The notes: generated by a model from the sequence alone, not told the origin. A DNA stretch of 64,000 nt from Spirochaetia bacterium (GCA_965243555.1 OZ251575.1:2977000-3040999), one strand, 5' to 3'. Shown: positions 39,508 to 49,854, counted from the stretch's first letter. A program made the numbers and translations.

Positions 39508-40359
39508 ATGCTGACGCCGGAGCTTGCCGCCGCGGCCGCGGGCGGAGTGGTCGTTACGCTGATTGTGGTGGCGTTGCTGCGCGCCGGGGGGATGGCCGGC
39601 GGGGCGGCGCGTCGGCGGATGGAACAGTTGGACGAGCTGTCGCGGCGGCTGATGCGGTTCGAGCAGGCGCTCACGGTGCCGCGGCAGCGCGGCGCGTACG
39701 GCGAGCGGCTGCTCGAGGAGCTGTTGGCCACCTGGCTGCCGCGCGCCAGCGTTGCCACCCAGGTCACCCTGCCGGGCGGCGCGCGGGTCGACGCCCTGGT
39801 CAGGCTGGGGCCGCGCAGCGTGGCGATTGATGCCAAGTTTCCGTTCGAAGCGGTGGAGAAGCTGGCGCCCGAGGAACCGCTGACCAAGAGTGCGGAACGC
39901 GCCATCCTGCGCCACGCCGCGGCGGTCGGCGACAAGTACGTGCTACCGGACGCCGGCACCTACAACTTCGCCCTGCTCTACGTGCCGAGCGACGCCCTCT
40001 ACCTGCGCTGCTTTGCCGGCCCCGAAGACCTGCTCGGAGCAGCGCTGCAGCGGCGCGTGGTGCCGGTCGGCCCCTCCGCTCTGTACCTGTACCTGCACAC
40101 CGTCGGCCACGCCCTGCGCGGCGTGCGCCTCGCCGCGGCCGGCCTGGAGCTGGCCGACACCCTGCAGCGGGCGCGCGACGAGGTTACGGCGCTGCAGGAC
40201 GCCGGCCAGCGGATGGAGGGCCAGCTCCTGCAGCTCGGCCGCGGCCACGCCGCCGCCGGCACCGCGCTGCGCAACCTCGACGCGGCCCTGGAACGGCTCG
40301 CCGGCGGGGCTCAGTCCGCGCCGGCGGACAGATCCAACTCCAGCCGCAACGGCAGGTGA
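39508..40359 (+). CDS. rmuC: RmuC family DNA recombination protein
   Basis: RGAYGE.LLE, RVDA, IDAKFP, KY....T.NFALLYVPSD, VGPS. AGGAG SD. Confidence 0.85.
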   Translation: MLTPELAAAAAGGVVVTLIVVALLRAGGMAGGAARRRMEQLDELSRRLMRFEQALTVPRQRGAYGERLLEELLATWLPRASVATQVTLPGGARVDALVRLGPRSVAIDAKFPFEAVEKLAPEEPLTKSAERAILRHAAAVGDKYVLPDAGTYNFALLYVPSDALYLRCFAGPEDLLGAALQRRVVPVGPSALYLYLHTVGHALRGVRLAAAGLELADTLQRARDEVTALQDAGQRMEGQLLQLGRGHAAAGTALRNLDAALERLAGGAQSAPADRSNSSRNGR

Positions 40360-41444
40360 TCGGAGTAGCCGCCCGGCCAGGGACCGCCCATGAAGCGCCG
40401 CGGGCTGCCGTCCGCGGCGAGCAGGCCGTCGCTGATCACCGCGAACTGCTCGCCGCCGGCATAGCTCAGGCCGGCGGGGTCGAACAGCCCCGCGCCCAGC
40501 AGCAGGTGGTCGATGGTCTCCCAGCTATCCCGATAGCGGTAGCTGCCCGCGGGCAGCCGGCCGGCGTCCCGGTAGGCGAACCACGGGCTGAACAGTACCG
40601 GCGCCGCGCCCGCGGCCGGCGCCGCGCCGGTCACCGGCAGGGCGGCGGTCACCGGCAGCGCGGCGCCGTCGGCCACGCCTGCCGGCATCAGCGCGGTGGG
40701 GTAGCGCCCCTGCCGCCGTTCATACTCATCCACCGATTCGTTCATGTCGCCGGCTACGATCACGTCCGCGGCCGGGTCGGCGGCGTAGATTTCGCGCAGC
40801 CGCGCGGCCAGCACCTGCGCCGACCGGCGCCGGAGCGGCTCGGTTTCGGCGCTGCCGCCGCGCTTGGACTTCCAGTGGTTGTTGAACAGGAACGCCGAGC
40901 GCGCCTCGGGCGCCGCGCCAAGCGCCACCTCGACCTCCAGAATGGGCCGCAACATAGTATCGGGCGGGGCCTCCACCCAGAGCGCTCCGACCCGCCGCAC
41001 CGGCAGCTTGGACAGCACCACCTGGCCGATGCCGGAGCGCGGGTCCGGCACCCACACCACGTGGCGGTACCCGGCGCGCGCGAACTCCAGCGTCACCAGC
41101 CGGCGCGCGGCGGCGTAGTGCTCCACCTCCTGCAGCGCCACCAAGTCGGCGCCGCCCGGCACCGCGGTCCGCAGCGCCTCGCCGAGGGCGCGCAGCTTGG
41201 CGGTGTAGAGCGACTCGTTCCAGCCGCCGGCAGCGGTGTACTCCCGGTACTCGTTGCCGTCGTCGGTCGCGTCGAACAGGTTCTGGGCGTTGTAGCTCAC
41301 CACCGTAACCCGCCCCGAGTTGCCGCAAGCGGCCAGCAGGAGCGCCAGGCCCAGGATCAGCACCGGCAGGCGCACGCCGCCCGCCCGCCCCGGCTGCCGG
41401 GGGCTCTCAGCCGCCGCGCCCCCTCGCGCCGCGCTACAAGTCAT
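40311..41444 (-). CDS. endonuclease/exonuclease/phosphatase family lipoprotein
   Basis: LLLAAC lipobox, SYNAQNLFD, LQEVE, NHWKSK, AGDMN, IDHL, YSDHLP. Confidence 0.88.
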   Translation of the reverse strand: MTCSAARGGAAAESPRQPGRAGGVRLPVLILGLALLLAACGNSGRVTVVSYNAQNLFDATDDGNEYREYTAAGGWNESLYTAKLRALGEALRTAVPGGADLVALQEVEHYAAARRLVTLEFARAGYRHVVWVPDPRSGIGQVVLSKLPVRRVGALWVEAPPDTMLRPILEVEVALGAAPEARSAFLFNNHWKSKRGGSAETEPLRRRSAQVLAARLREIYAADPAADVIVAGDMNESVDEYERRQGRYPTALMPAGVADGAALPVTAALPVTGAAPAAGAAPVLFSPWFAYRDAGRLPAGSYRYRDSWETIDHLLLGAGLFDPAGLSYAGGEQFAVISDGLLAADGSPRRFMGGPWPGGYSDHLPLRLELDLSAGAD

Positions 41445-42054
41445 CCTGCGAGCCGATGATCTTGCCCACCAGCCCGTAGGCCAGCGCCTCTTCGGCGCCC
41501 ATCCAGTAGTCGCGGTCGGTGTCCTGTTCCACCTCCGCGATCGGCTTGCCGGTCTCGTTGGAGATCAGATCGTTCATCTTGCGCCGCATCAGGTCGATCT
41601 CGCGCGCGTGGATCTCGATCTCGGTGCCGACGCCGCGGAAGCCGGCCATCGGCTGGTGAATGAGATAGCGCGAGTTGGGCAGCGCGAAGCGCCGTTCCTT
41701 CGGCGCCGCCAGCAGCACGATCGCGCCCGCGCTCGCCACCAGACCCATGCCGATCATCTTGATGGGCGGCCGCACGAAGCGCATCATGTCGAGAATCGCG
41801 AACCCGGCGTCGGCATCTCCGCCGGGACTGTCGATGAACACCTTGATCGGGTCGGTGCTCTCCTGCTCCAACAACAGCACCTGACGCACCACCCGCTCGG
41901 CCAGATTCTTGTTGATCTCGCCGGTCAGAAGGATCGTCCGGGTCTTGAGGAACTGGCGCAACAGGGGCGACTCTTCCCCGCCCTGTTCCTTGCCTTCGCC
42001 GGCTTCCTCGTCCTGCTCTTCAGCGTCCCATTCTGGTCGCACGTTCGCCTCCAC
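41434..42054 (-). CDS. clpP: ATP-dependent Clp protease proteolytic subunit
   Basis: IDSPGG, GLVASAG (Ser), IHQP (His), DTDRDYWM (Asp). Confidence 0.95.
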   Translation of the reverse strand: MEANVRPEWDAEEQDEEAGEGKEQGGEESPLLRQFLKTRTILLTGEINKNLAERVVRQVLLLEQESTDPIKVFIDSPGGDADAGFAILDMMRFVRPPIKMIGMGLVASAGAIVLLAAPKERRFALPNSRYLIHQPMAGFRGVGTEIEIHAREIDLMRRKMNDLISNETGKPIAEVEQDTDRDYWMGAEEALAYGLVGKIIGSQDDL

Positions 42055-42152
42055 TTCGGTGGCGCCACGGGCTGCGAGCGCCGCTCACCGTCGCGCCGGA
42101 ATATACTCGCGCTATCCGGCTCATGCCAAACCGGAGCCGCGCCGCGGCGGCT

Positions 42153-43217
42153 TCAGTTGACGTTGATCCGGCCTTGCGCGGCAGGGAAGTCGCCGCTGGT
42201 CAAGGCTTCCAACTCCGCGCCGGCGGCGTATACCACCACCGCCTCGATGCCGCGGTAGCCGGCAAGCAGCTCTCCGGCGGCGCTTCCCATAACAAATAAC
42301 GCGGTCGCCATCACGTCCGCTTCAAGCGCGCTGCCGGCAACCACCGTCACCGACACCGCGTCGCTGTCCGGGCGCCCGGTGGCCGGGTTGAGCAGGTGAT
42401 GGTAGCGCACCCCGTCCCGCTCAAAATACCGCTCGTAGTCGCCGGAGGTGGCGAGCGCGACCCGGCCGCCCGCCGCGCCGACCGCAGCAATGGCCAGCGG
42501 CAGGTCGCCCTGGCGGGGATGGCGCACCCAGATGCGCCACTGCGCGCCGCCCGGCTTGAGACCGGACGCCAGCACGTCGCCGCCCGCCTCCAGCAGAAAG
42601 CGCTCGTAGCCGCGCTCGGCCAGCCAGTCGGCCAGGTGATCGAGCACCGCCCCCTTGCCGATGGCGCCCAGGTCCAGCTCCGCGTCCTGCAGCGTGGCCC
42701 GGCCGCCGGCGTCCACCTGCAGCCGGCGGTAGTCGACCCGCTCCAGGGCGGCCGCCAGGGCCGCGGCCGCGGGCACGGCGCCGCCGTGATCGAAGTCCCA
42801 CAGGCGGGTGACCGGCAGCAGCGTCGGATCGAAGGCGCCGCCGGTGGCCGCGGCCAAGCGGGCCGCGGCGCGCAGGGTAGCGGCCGTGAGGGGGTCGAGC
42901 TGCGCCGCGCCGGTACGGTTGAGCCGGGCCACCGGGCTCGCCGGGTCGCGATGATCGTAGCGCGCGGCGTAGCCGTGAGTGGCCCGTTCCACGGCGTCCC
43001 AATCCGGCGCGCGGCGGTGGTACACGGTGGCGCGCACGATGGTCGACATGGCCGCGAACTCGTGCTGCCGGGCGCGTTCCCCGCAGCCGGTCGCCGCGCC
43101 CGCGGCCAGCGCCGCGGCGGCCAGCGCCGCCAGCGGGCGGCGGCACGCGGCCCAACGCCGGCTACCTCGGCGAGGCCGGCGGGAGTGGTAGCCGCTGCCG
43201 CCGGCCTCGCCGGCCAC
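42153..43217 (-). CDS. apbE: FAD:protein FMN transferase
   Basis: GAFDPT, DLGAIGKG, AGGD, ATSGDYERYF, YHHLLNP.TG.P, AD..ATALFV. Start uncertain. Confidence 0.9.
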   Translation of the reverse strand: MAGEAGGSGYHSRRPRRGSRRWAACRRPLAALAAAALAAGAATGCGERARQHEFAAMSTIVRATVYHRRAPDWDAVERATHGYAARYDHRDPASPVARLNRTGAAQLDPLTAATLRAAARLAAATGGAFDPTLLPVTRLWDFDHGGAVPAAAALAAALERVDYRRLQVDAGGRATLQDAELDLGAIGKGAVLDHLADWLAERGYERFLLEAGGDVLASGLKPGGAQWRIWVRHPRQGDLPLAIAAVGAAGGRVALATSGDYERYFERDGVRYHHLLNPATGRPDSDAVSVTVVAGSALEADVMATALFVMGSAAGELLAGYRGIEAVVVYAAGAELEALTSGDFPAAQGRINVN

Positions 43218-43221
43218 GCGG

Positions 43222-44484
43222 TCAGGCCGTGGCGCGCTGGTCGAGGCCGGCGTGGTCGGGTGGGTCGAGGTCAAGGTCGAGCGCGAGGCGCTCGCGGATT
43301 TCGGCGAACGCGGTGAGGGTGGCGGCCACGTCCTCGTCGCTGTGCAACGCCGTGGGGATCATGCGAAACAGGTTGATGCCGCGCGGCACCACCGGGTAGG
43401 TGACGCCGGACAGGAACACCCCGTACTCCTCGCGCAGCATCACCATGATGGCGCGCGCCGTCTCCTGCCCGGAGCGGACGTACACCGGGGTGATCGGTGA
43501 CTGGGTGTCGCCAATGGAGTAGCCGAGCTCCACCAGGCCGCGCTGCAGGTTGCGCGCGTTGCGCCACATCCGCGCGCGGTACTCGGGGTGGGCCAGAATC
43601 TCGGTCAGGGTGGCGTCCAACACGTCGACGTAGATGAGCGGCAGGGCCTTGGCAAACACGTGGGTGCGGGCGTTGAAGCGGACGTAGTCGATCACCTCGG
43701 GGTCGCCCGCGGTAACGCCGCCGATCGCCGCGAACGCCTTGGCGAAGGTGCCGAAGTAGAGGTCGACTTCGTCCTGTACGCCGAAGTGCTCGGCGGTGCC
43801 GCGCCCGCCGGGGCCCATCACCCCGAACCCGTGGGCGTCGTCAATGAAGACGCGCGCACCGTATTGCCGCGCCAGGGCGGTGATCGCCGGCAGGTCAGCC
43901 AGGTCGCCGCGCATCCCGTAGACCCCCTCGGTCACGATCAGGATGCCCCCCTTGCCGCGGCTGCGCGCCGCCCGGAGCTGCTGCTCGAGGCTGTCCGGGT
44001 CGTTGTGGCGGAACGGGCGGAAGCGGCGTCCGGCCATCGCCAGAATCGTGCCGTCGATCATCGAGGCGTGCGACAGCTTGTCGATGATCACTTCGTCGGC
44101 GGGGCCGATCAGGGCGGAGATGGTCCCCATCACGCCGAGGTAGCCGTAGTTGAACAGCACCGCCTCCGGCTTGCCGCAATAGTCCGCCAGGCGCCGCTCC
44201 AACGCCTCGTGCCGGGAGGTGTTGCCGGTGAGCAGGCGCGACCCCATCGGCGCCGAGGTGGAGTAGCGCCGCACCGCGGCCAGCGCCGCGGCCTTGATCC
44301 GCGCATTGCCGGTGAGGCCGAGGTAGCTGTTGATGCCCCACATGATCACGCGCCGGCCCCCCGACTCCATGTGCGGCCCCGGCAGCGAATCCAGGAGCGG
44401 CTGCACTACGTACTTGTCGCCGGCGGCGCGGTAGCGGCCGAAGTAACCGCCATCGCCGCGGCATTTATCGAACAGGTCGGTCAT
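43222..44484 (-). CDS. alpha-oxoamine synthase family PLP enzyme; SulA/CapB-like cysteate acyltransferase candidate
   Basis: NSYLGL, PMGSR, SHAS.IDG, HND, TEGVYGMRG, DDAHGFG, GTFAK (PLP Lys), VFAKALP. Confidence 0.8.
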   Translation of the reverse strand: MTDLFDKCRGDGGYFGRYRAAGDKYVVQPLLDSLPGPHMESGGRRVIMWGINSYLGLTGNARIKAAALAAVRRYSTSAPMGSRLLTGNTSRHEALERRLADYCGKPEAVLFNYGYLGVMGTISALIGPADEVIIDKLSHASMIDGTILAMAGRRFRPFRHNDPDSLEQQLRAARSRGKGGILIVTEGVYGMRGDLADLPAITALARQYGARVFIDDAHGFGVMGPGGRGTAEHFGVQDEVDLYFGTFAKAFAAIGGVTAGDPEVIDYVRFNARTHVFAKALPLIYVDVLDATLTEILAHPEYRARMWRNARNLQRGLVELGYSIGDTQSPITPVYVRSGQETARAIMVMLREEYGVFLSGVTYPVVPRGINLFRMIPTALHSDEDVAATLTAFAEIRERLALDLDLDPPDHAGLDQRATA

Positions 44485-44655
44485 GGCGCTCCCTCCCAAC
44501 CCGCGGGCCGGCCGTGCACCCGCGGTAACGGCGGCAGTGTACGCAGAGCGCGGCAAAGGTGTTCCGTGCAAGCGGCAAAAGATGGTACCTTGGCGCCGGA
44601 ACGTGCCCCAGGGTAAACGGAATGGTCATTGCGCACGGTTGCGGTAGATGAATAT

Positions 44656-44672
44656 ATGAATCAGTTATTCAT
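44656..44672. promoter_or_regulatory. palindromic operator candidate ATGAAT-cagtt-ATTCAT
   Basis: Perfect 6-bp arms in an AT-rich patch at the TetR start. Confidence 0.6.
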
Positions 44673-45363
44673 TCGTTCGAAAGAGCAGTCTGCGGCGCGT
44701 AACCGCCGGCGGGCGGCGCTGCTGGCCACCGGCGAGCGGCTGTTCGCCGAGCAGGGCTACCGCGAGGTGAGCGTGGAGCAGATCGCCCACGCCACCGGGC
44801 TCGCCACCGGCAGCTTCTACAACTACTTTCCGAGCAAGGAGGCGTTCTACGCCCACATCCTGGGGCTGATCGAACGCCGCGCCGTCAGTGAGGCGCGCCG
44901 CGTCATCAGCCGCTTCGAGTCGCCCATGAACCAGCTCAAGGCACTCTACCGATTCATAACGCTCGGGCTCCGGCGCAGCCCCATCCTGCGCGGCATGCTG
45001 ACCGGCGACCGGCGCTTCGTCTGTCCCGGCGTGGGGCCGGTGCAGCGTAGCGAGTGGGTGCTCGGCCACGTCGGCGAGCTGATTGACGACATCCTCCGCG
45101 CCGGCGCCCGGCGGCGCTCCTTCCGCGTTGCCAGCTACCACAACGCGCGCCGCATGCTGATCGCCCTCTACACCGCGTTGCTGACCGACTTTGGCAACGA
45201 CGCCAACGACGAACTGATTGAAGATACCCTGATCCTCGTGGAACGCGGCTTGCGGCGCCGGCTGACGCTACGCAACCGCGCCGAACGGGTCGACCGGCGC
45301 CGGGCGCGGGACCGCAGTCAGGACCTGAGCCCGGCGAGCGCCCCGCGGCGCCGCGGCGCCTGA
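44656..45363 (+). CDS. TetR/AcrR family transcriptional regulator
   Basis: LFAEQGY.EVSVEQIA...GLATGSFYNYFPSKE HTH. Confidence 0.88.
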   Translation: MNQLFIRSKEQSAARNRRRAALLATGERLFAEQGYREVSVEQIAHATGLATGSFYNYFPSKEAFYAHILGLIERRAVSEARRVISRFESPMNQLKALYRFITLGLRRSPILRGMLTGDRRFVCPGVGPVQRSEWVLGHVGELIDDILRAGARRRSFRVASYHNARRMLIALYTALLTDFGNDANDELIEDTLILVERGLRRRLTLRNRAERVDRRRARDRSQDLSPASAPRRRGA

Positions 45364-46289
45364 TGGCGGATTCCCCAGCGCCGTTGCGGGTCGGCAGCAT
45401 CGGCGTCATCGGGCGCCCGTCGACCGGCAAGTCGTCACTGATCAACCGCATCTGCGGCCACAAGGTGTCAATCGTCTCGCCGGTGCCGCAGACCACCCGC
45501 AGCCGCGTGCGCGGCATCGTGACCCGGGAGCAGGGTCAGCTCATCTTTCTGGACACGCCGGGGCTGCACCTGAGCGACCGCAAGCTGAACCGGGTGCTGC
45601 GCGAGGTGGCGCTGTCGGTGGCCGGCGAAACGGACGTCCTGCTGGCGGTGTTCGACGCCGGGCGCCGCTTCGGCGACGAGGACCACGCCGTGCTGGCTGC
45701 CGCAAGCGGCTTTTCGGGGCCGCGCGTGGCGGTGCGCAACAAGGTGGATCTGGATGCCTCCGGTGCCGGCGGTGGTGTTGGCGGTGATGGCGGCAGCGCG
45801 GCGGCGCTGGCGGAAGCGGTCCGCGAAGCCGGTATCGACGAGCTGATTCCCGTTTCGGCGCTCACCGGAGCCGGCGTCGACGCGCTGGTGGCGCGGCTGC
45901 TGGCGCTGAGCCCGCCCGGCGAGCTGCACTACCCGGCGGACGTCTATACCGATCAGAGCCCGGACTTCCGGGTAGCCGAGGTGGTGCGCGAACAGGTCTT
46001 TGCCCGCACCTTCGCCGAGGTGCCGCACGCCCTGTTCGTCGAGGTGCTGGATCTGGAACCGCGCCCCGCCGGCCTGTGGGCGCGCGCCACCATCTGGGTG
46101 GAGCGGCCCAGCCAGGTCGGCATCGTGGTGGGCCGCGGCGGCGCCGGCATCGCCGCGATTCGGCGCGGCGCCGAAACCGAGCTGGGCGCAATCTTCGGGC
46201 GCCGGGTGGCCGTCAACCTGCGCGTCAAGGTGCGCAAGAAATGGCGCCGCGACGACGAGTTGCTACAGGGCCTGCGCGGCCGCGGCTGA
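45363..46289 (+). CDS. era: GTPase Era
   Basis: GRPSTGKSS, PQTTR, DTPG, NKVD, VSA, KH domain with EVPH, V.L.VKV.K.WR. Confidence 0.93.
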   Translation: MADSPAPLRVGSIGVIGRPSTGKSSLINRICGHKVSIVSPVPQTTRSRVRGIVTREQGQLIFLDTPGLHLSDRKLNRVLREVALSVAGETDVLLAVFDAGRRFGDEDHAVLAAASGFSGPRVAVRNKVDLDASGAGGGVGGDGGSAAALAEAVREAGIDELIPVSALTGAGVDALVARLLALSPPGELHYPADVYTDQSPDFRVAEVVREQVFARTFAEVPHALFVEVLDLEPRPAGLWARATIWVERPSQVGIVVGRGGAGIAAIRRGAETELGAIFGRRVAVNLRVKVRKKWRRDDELLQGLRGRG

Positions 46290-46301
46290 AACGCGCGGCG
46301 G

Positions 46302-47906
46302 CTACGGCGGCGGGGAGCCGCGCCCGAACGCCGCCCGCGCCGCCTCCTGCGTGCGCGGCCCGCGGCACCAGACCAGCAATCGCTCCGGCAGCGCGGTGTC
46401 GTACAGGCGGGCAAACGCCCGCACCGTCGACGGCGAGGTAAACAGCACCGCGTCGCAGGCCTGCAGGTCCACCTGCAGCGGCGCCTCCACCGGCAGCGTG
46501 CGGTAGGCGATGACTTCGGTCACCGCGGCGCCGGCGGCGCGCAGGCCCGCGGGCAGCGCGCCGCCGGCGAGTTGGGAGCGCGGCAGCAGGATGCGCGCGC
46601 CGGCCAGCGCTCCGTCCGCGCGCAGCGCGGCCAGCAGGCCGGCGCCGGTTTCCGGCTGCGCCGTCAGGTCGGCGGCCAGCCCCCGCGCGCGCAGTGCGGC
46701 GGCGGTGGCCGCGCCCACCACCGCCAGCCGGGCATGCGCCAGCCGCCGCGCGTCACCGCCCCGCGCCAGCAGGCGTTCCACCAGCGCCGCCGCCGCGTAG
46801 CGGCTGGTGAGCGCAACGATCGAATGGTCCGCGAGCCGCTCCAGGGCCGCGTCCAGCGGCGCCCAGTCCGCCGGCGGCGCGATCCGGATCAGCGGCACGT
46901 GCACCAGTTCGCCGAGGCCGCGGTGCGGCTCCGCGCTGGTGCCGGTGACCAATACCTTGCGTGCGCGGCTGAACCAGGAACCGGGCGCGTGCACCGGGCC
47001 CGGCGCGGGGGTGCCGGCTGTGGCGCCCGCCCCGGCTGTGGCGCCCGCCCCGGCTGCGGCGCCCGCCCCGGCTGCGGCGCCCGCCCCGGCTGTGGCGCCC
47101 GCCCCGGCTGTGGCGCCCGCCCCGGCTGCGGCGCCCGCCCCGGCTGCGGCGCCCGCCCCGGCTGCGGCGCCCGCTCCGGCTGCGGCGCCCGCTCCGGCCG
47201 GGCCACCCGCTTCGGCTGCCGGGCCGGCCAGGGGAGCGCCGCCGGGGCCAATCACCGCCACCAGCGGCGGCGCCAGCGGCGCGCCGTGCGCGGCGGCGCC
47301 GAGGGTCAGCGTGGTTACTGACTGCTCGGGCCGGCTGGCGTTGCGCACCAGGGTGACCGGCGCCGCCGCGCTCCAGCCTTCGCCCAGCAGCCGTTGCGCC
47401 ACCGCGGCCAGGCGCGCCGCGGCCATGTAGTACACCAGGGTGTCGGCGCGGGGGGTGGCGGCCTGCTCCGCGTGGCCGGTGCAGAACGCCACCGACGAAG
47501 CCTGCCGGCGCCGCGTCAGCGGCAGTTCCGCGTAGGCCGCGGCCGCCGCCGCGGCGGTGATGCCGGGAACCACCTCGTAGGGGATGCCGGCGCCGCGCAG
47601 GAACAGGATCTCCTCCACCGCGCGCGCAAACAGGAGCGGGTCACCGCCCTTGAGATGCGCCACCCGGCGCCCGGCCGCGGCCTGCTCGGCGAGCAGCCGG
47701 TGCAGGCGCTGCCGGCGCTCCGCCGCCGGCGCCCGGCGGTCGCCGAGCCGGTATACCGGGCGGTCGGCGAAGGGAATCAGCAACCGCCGGTCCACCAGCT
47801 CGTCGTGGATGATCACGTCGGCGGCGGCCAGCGCGCGCTGCCCGCGCAGGGTGATCAGTTCCGGGTCGCCGGGACCGGCCCCGATCAGACTCACGAAGCC
47901 CGCCAT
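46302..47906 (-). CDS. cobA: uroporphyrinogen-III C-methyltransferase / uroporphyrinogen-III synthase fusion
   Basis: GAGPGDPELIT, LKGGDP, VPGITAA; C-terminal HemD-like YRT...LFTSPSTV. Confidence 0.9.
   Translation of the reverse strand: MAGFVSLIGAGPGDPELITLRGQRALAAADVIIHDELVDRRLLIPFADRPVYRLGDRRAPAAERRQRLHRLLAEQAAAGRRVAHLKGGDPLLFARAVEEILFLRGAGIPYEVVPGITAAAAAAAYAELPLTRRRQASSVAFCTGHAEQAATPRADTLVYYMAAARLAAVAQRLLGEGWSAAAPVTLVRNASRPEQSVTTLTLGAAAHGAPLAPPLVAVIGPGGAPLAGPAAEAGGPAGAGAAAGAGAAAGAGAAAGAGAAAGAGATAGAGATAGAGAAAGAGAAAGAGATAGAGATAGTPAPGPVHAPGSWFSRARKVLVTGTSAEPHRGLGELVHVPLIRIAPPADWAPLDAALERLADHSIVALTSRYAAAALVERLLARGGDARRLAHARLAVVGAATAAALRARGLAADLTAQPETGAGLLAALRADGALAGARILLPRSQLAGGALPAGLRAAGAAVTEVIAYRTLPVEAPLQVDLQACDAVLFTSPSTVRAFARLYDTALPERLLVWCRGPRTQEAARAAFGRGSPPP
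47014..47193. repeat. in-frame 18-bp tandem repeat x10 (CCGGCTGYGGCGCCCGCY), encoding AGAGA[A/T]
   Basis: Counted directly; forms the CobA-HemD linker. Confidence 0.95.
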
Positions 47907-47934
47907 CAGCGGCCCCGCGCCGGCGCCGCGGCCC

Positions 47935-49853
47935 TCACAGGTAGTACTCGAGCAGCACCTCGCGTTCGCGCAGCAGGCGCCCCACCGCGCCCACCGCCTG
48001 CGCCGCGGGCGCGCCGGAGGGGAGCGCGAGATCGGCGTTCACGCCGTGGCGGTCGCTGCCGACGCGAATCACCAGCAGGTCGTGCGGCAGGCCCAGAATC
48101 CGCAGCGTCTCCGCTTCGTAAGGATCGAGGTCGACCACCGTGGTAATCACGATCTGGCCGGCGTCGCACAGGATGTGCGCCACCTCGCCAAGGCGCCGCA
48201 CGTGCTCGGCGCGGTCCTCGCCCGCCGCCGCGGTCACGTCGGTATCCAGGCCGCGCGCGAGATTGGACAGGCCCAGGTAGTAGGCGCTGCGGCCGGCACG
48301 GAACAGCTCCCCCTCCAGGCCGCGCGCCACCTCCCGCAGCGGGCGCTGCCGCGGGCCGGTGAGCACCACCAGGCGGGCGCGCTGGCCGTAGCGCTCAATG
48401 CGCTCCTGCTGGGTAATGGAGCCGCGCACCCAGGCGTAGTCGCGCTGCTTGACGTGCTCGCGCAGGGAGTCGCGCAGGCCCGACAGGTACTCGGTGATGA
48501 TGCCGCCGCCGGCGATCTCGTACTCATCCACCAACACGAAGCGGCCGGTAACCGACAGCTCCGCCCCCAGGCCCAGGTCGAAGGCGATCGGCTTGTGCGT
48601 CTCCAGCACGCATTCGGCAACGTCGTGGCGGCCGACGTGCGCGGGCGCCTCGCGGTCGCCGCGGGCCTCCAGGCTGGCGGCGTCCAGCACCCGCACGATT
48701 TCCTTGACGTGCACGGTGACCCGCGTCGTGGCCAGCTTGAGCCGGTAGCGCCTGCCCCGCACCAGCGGGTTGCGGCCGAGCCAGAACAGGTTGCAGCGGA
48801 ACGCGGTGCCCACCCGCGGCGCCTGCTCGCCCACCCGGTACATCACCTCGCCGGGGCGGACGTAGAGCTCCTCGCTCAGCGTGACGCCGGTGGCGCTGCC
48901 CGCCCCGGCCGCGCGCGCCGGCGGCGCGCTGAACCCCTCGATGCTGCGCACGCGGGCGCGCTTGCGGGAGGGCAGAAACTCCACCGCGTCGCCCACGCGC
49001 ACGCTGCCGCTGGCCACGGTACCGGCGATGATGCGCGCGTCGTCGCCGCGCACCGGGAACTTGTAAACGTCCTGCACCGGCAGCCGCAGCGCCTGCGAGC
49101 TCACGGCGCCGGCGCCGGCGAAGGCGTCCATCTGCTGCAGCAGCGGGGCGCCGGCGTACCAGGCGGTGCGCGGCGACGGCGCCGCCAGGTTGTCGCCGTG
49201 GCGCCCGCTCACCGGAATGAAGGCGCGCGGCTGCACCTCGATTTCCTGCAGAAAAGCGGCGTATTCCTCACGGATGGCGGCAAAGGTGGCTTGATCGTAG
49301 GCCACCAAGTCCATCTTGTTGACCGCCACCACGAGTTGGCGGATGCCGAGCATCGCCGCCATGTAACCGTGCCGCCGCGAGTTCTCGCGCACTCCTTCGT
49401 GCGCGTCGATCACCAGGATCGCGGCTTCGGCGCGGGCGGCGCCCGAGATCATGTTTTTCAGAAACTCGATGTGGCCCGGCGCGTCGATGATGATGTAGCG
49501 GCGCTTGGCGGAGCGGAAGAACACGCGGGCGGCGTCGATGGTGATGCCCTGCGCCTGCTCGTCCTGCAGGGCGTCGATCAGGAACGCGTACTCGAACGGC
49601 TTGCCGCTGCGTTCGCAGTTGCGGCGCACCTGCTCGATCTTGCCGCGCGGCAGCACGCCGGTATCGTGCAGCAGGCGGCCCACCACCGTGCTCTTGCCGT
49701 GGTCGACGTGGCCGATCACCACCACGTTCATCACCGCCGTTTCCGGTTGCGGGGCCGCGCCGGAGGGCGCCGGCGCTACGGGCGTTGGCGCGGTAGCGGG
49801 CGCTGCGGTAGCGGCCGCTGCGGTAGCGGCGCCGGTTTCGGTTGCCGCCGCCA

Positions 49854-49854
<1 letters not shown>
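47935..49854 (-). CDS. cysN: sulfate adenylyltransferase subunit 1 fused to a degenerate APS kinase domain
   Basis: GHVDHGKST, QGITID, DAPGH, NKMD, LPVQDV; C-terminal CysC-like domain (DRAEHVRRLGEVA). Start GTG 49854 or ATG 49731. Confidence 0.9.
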
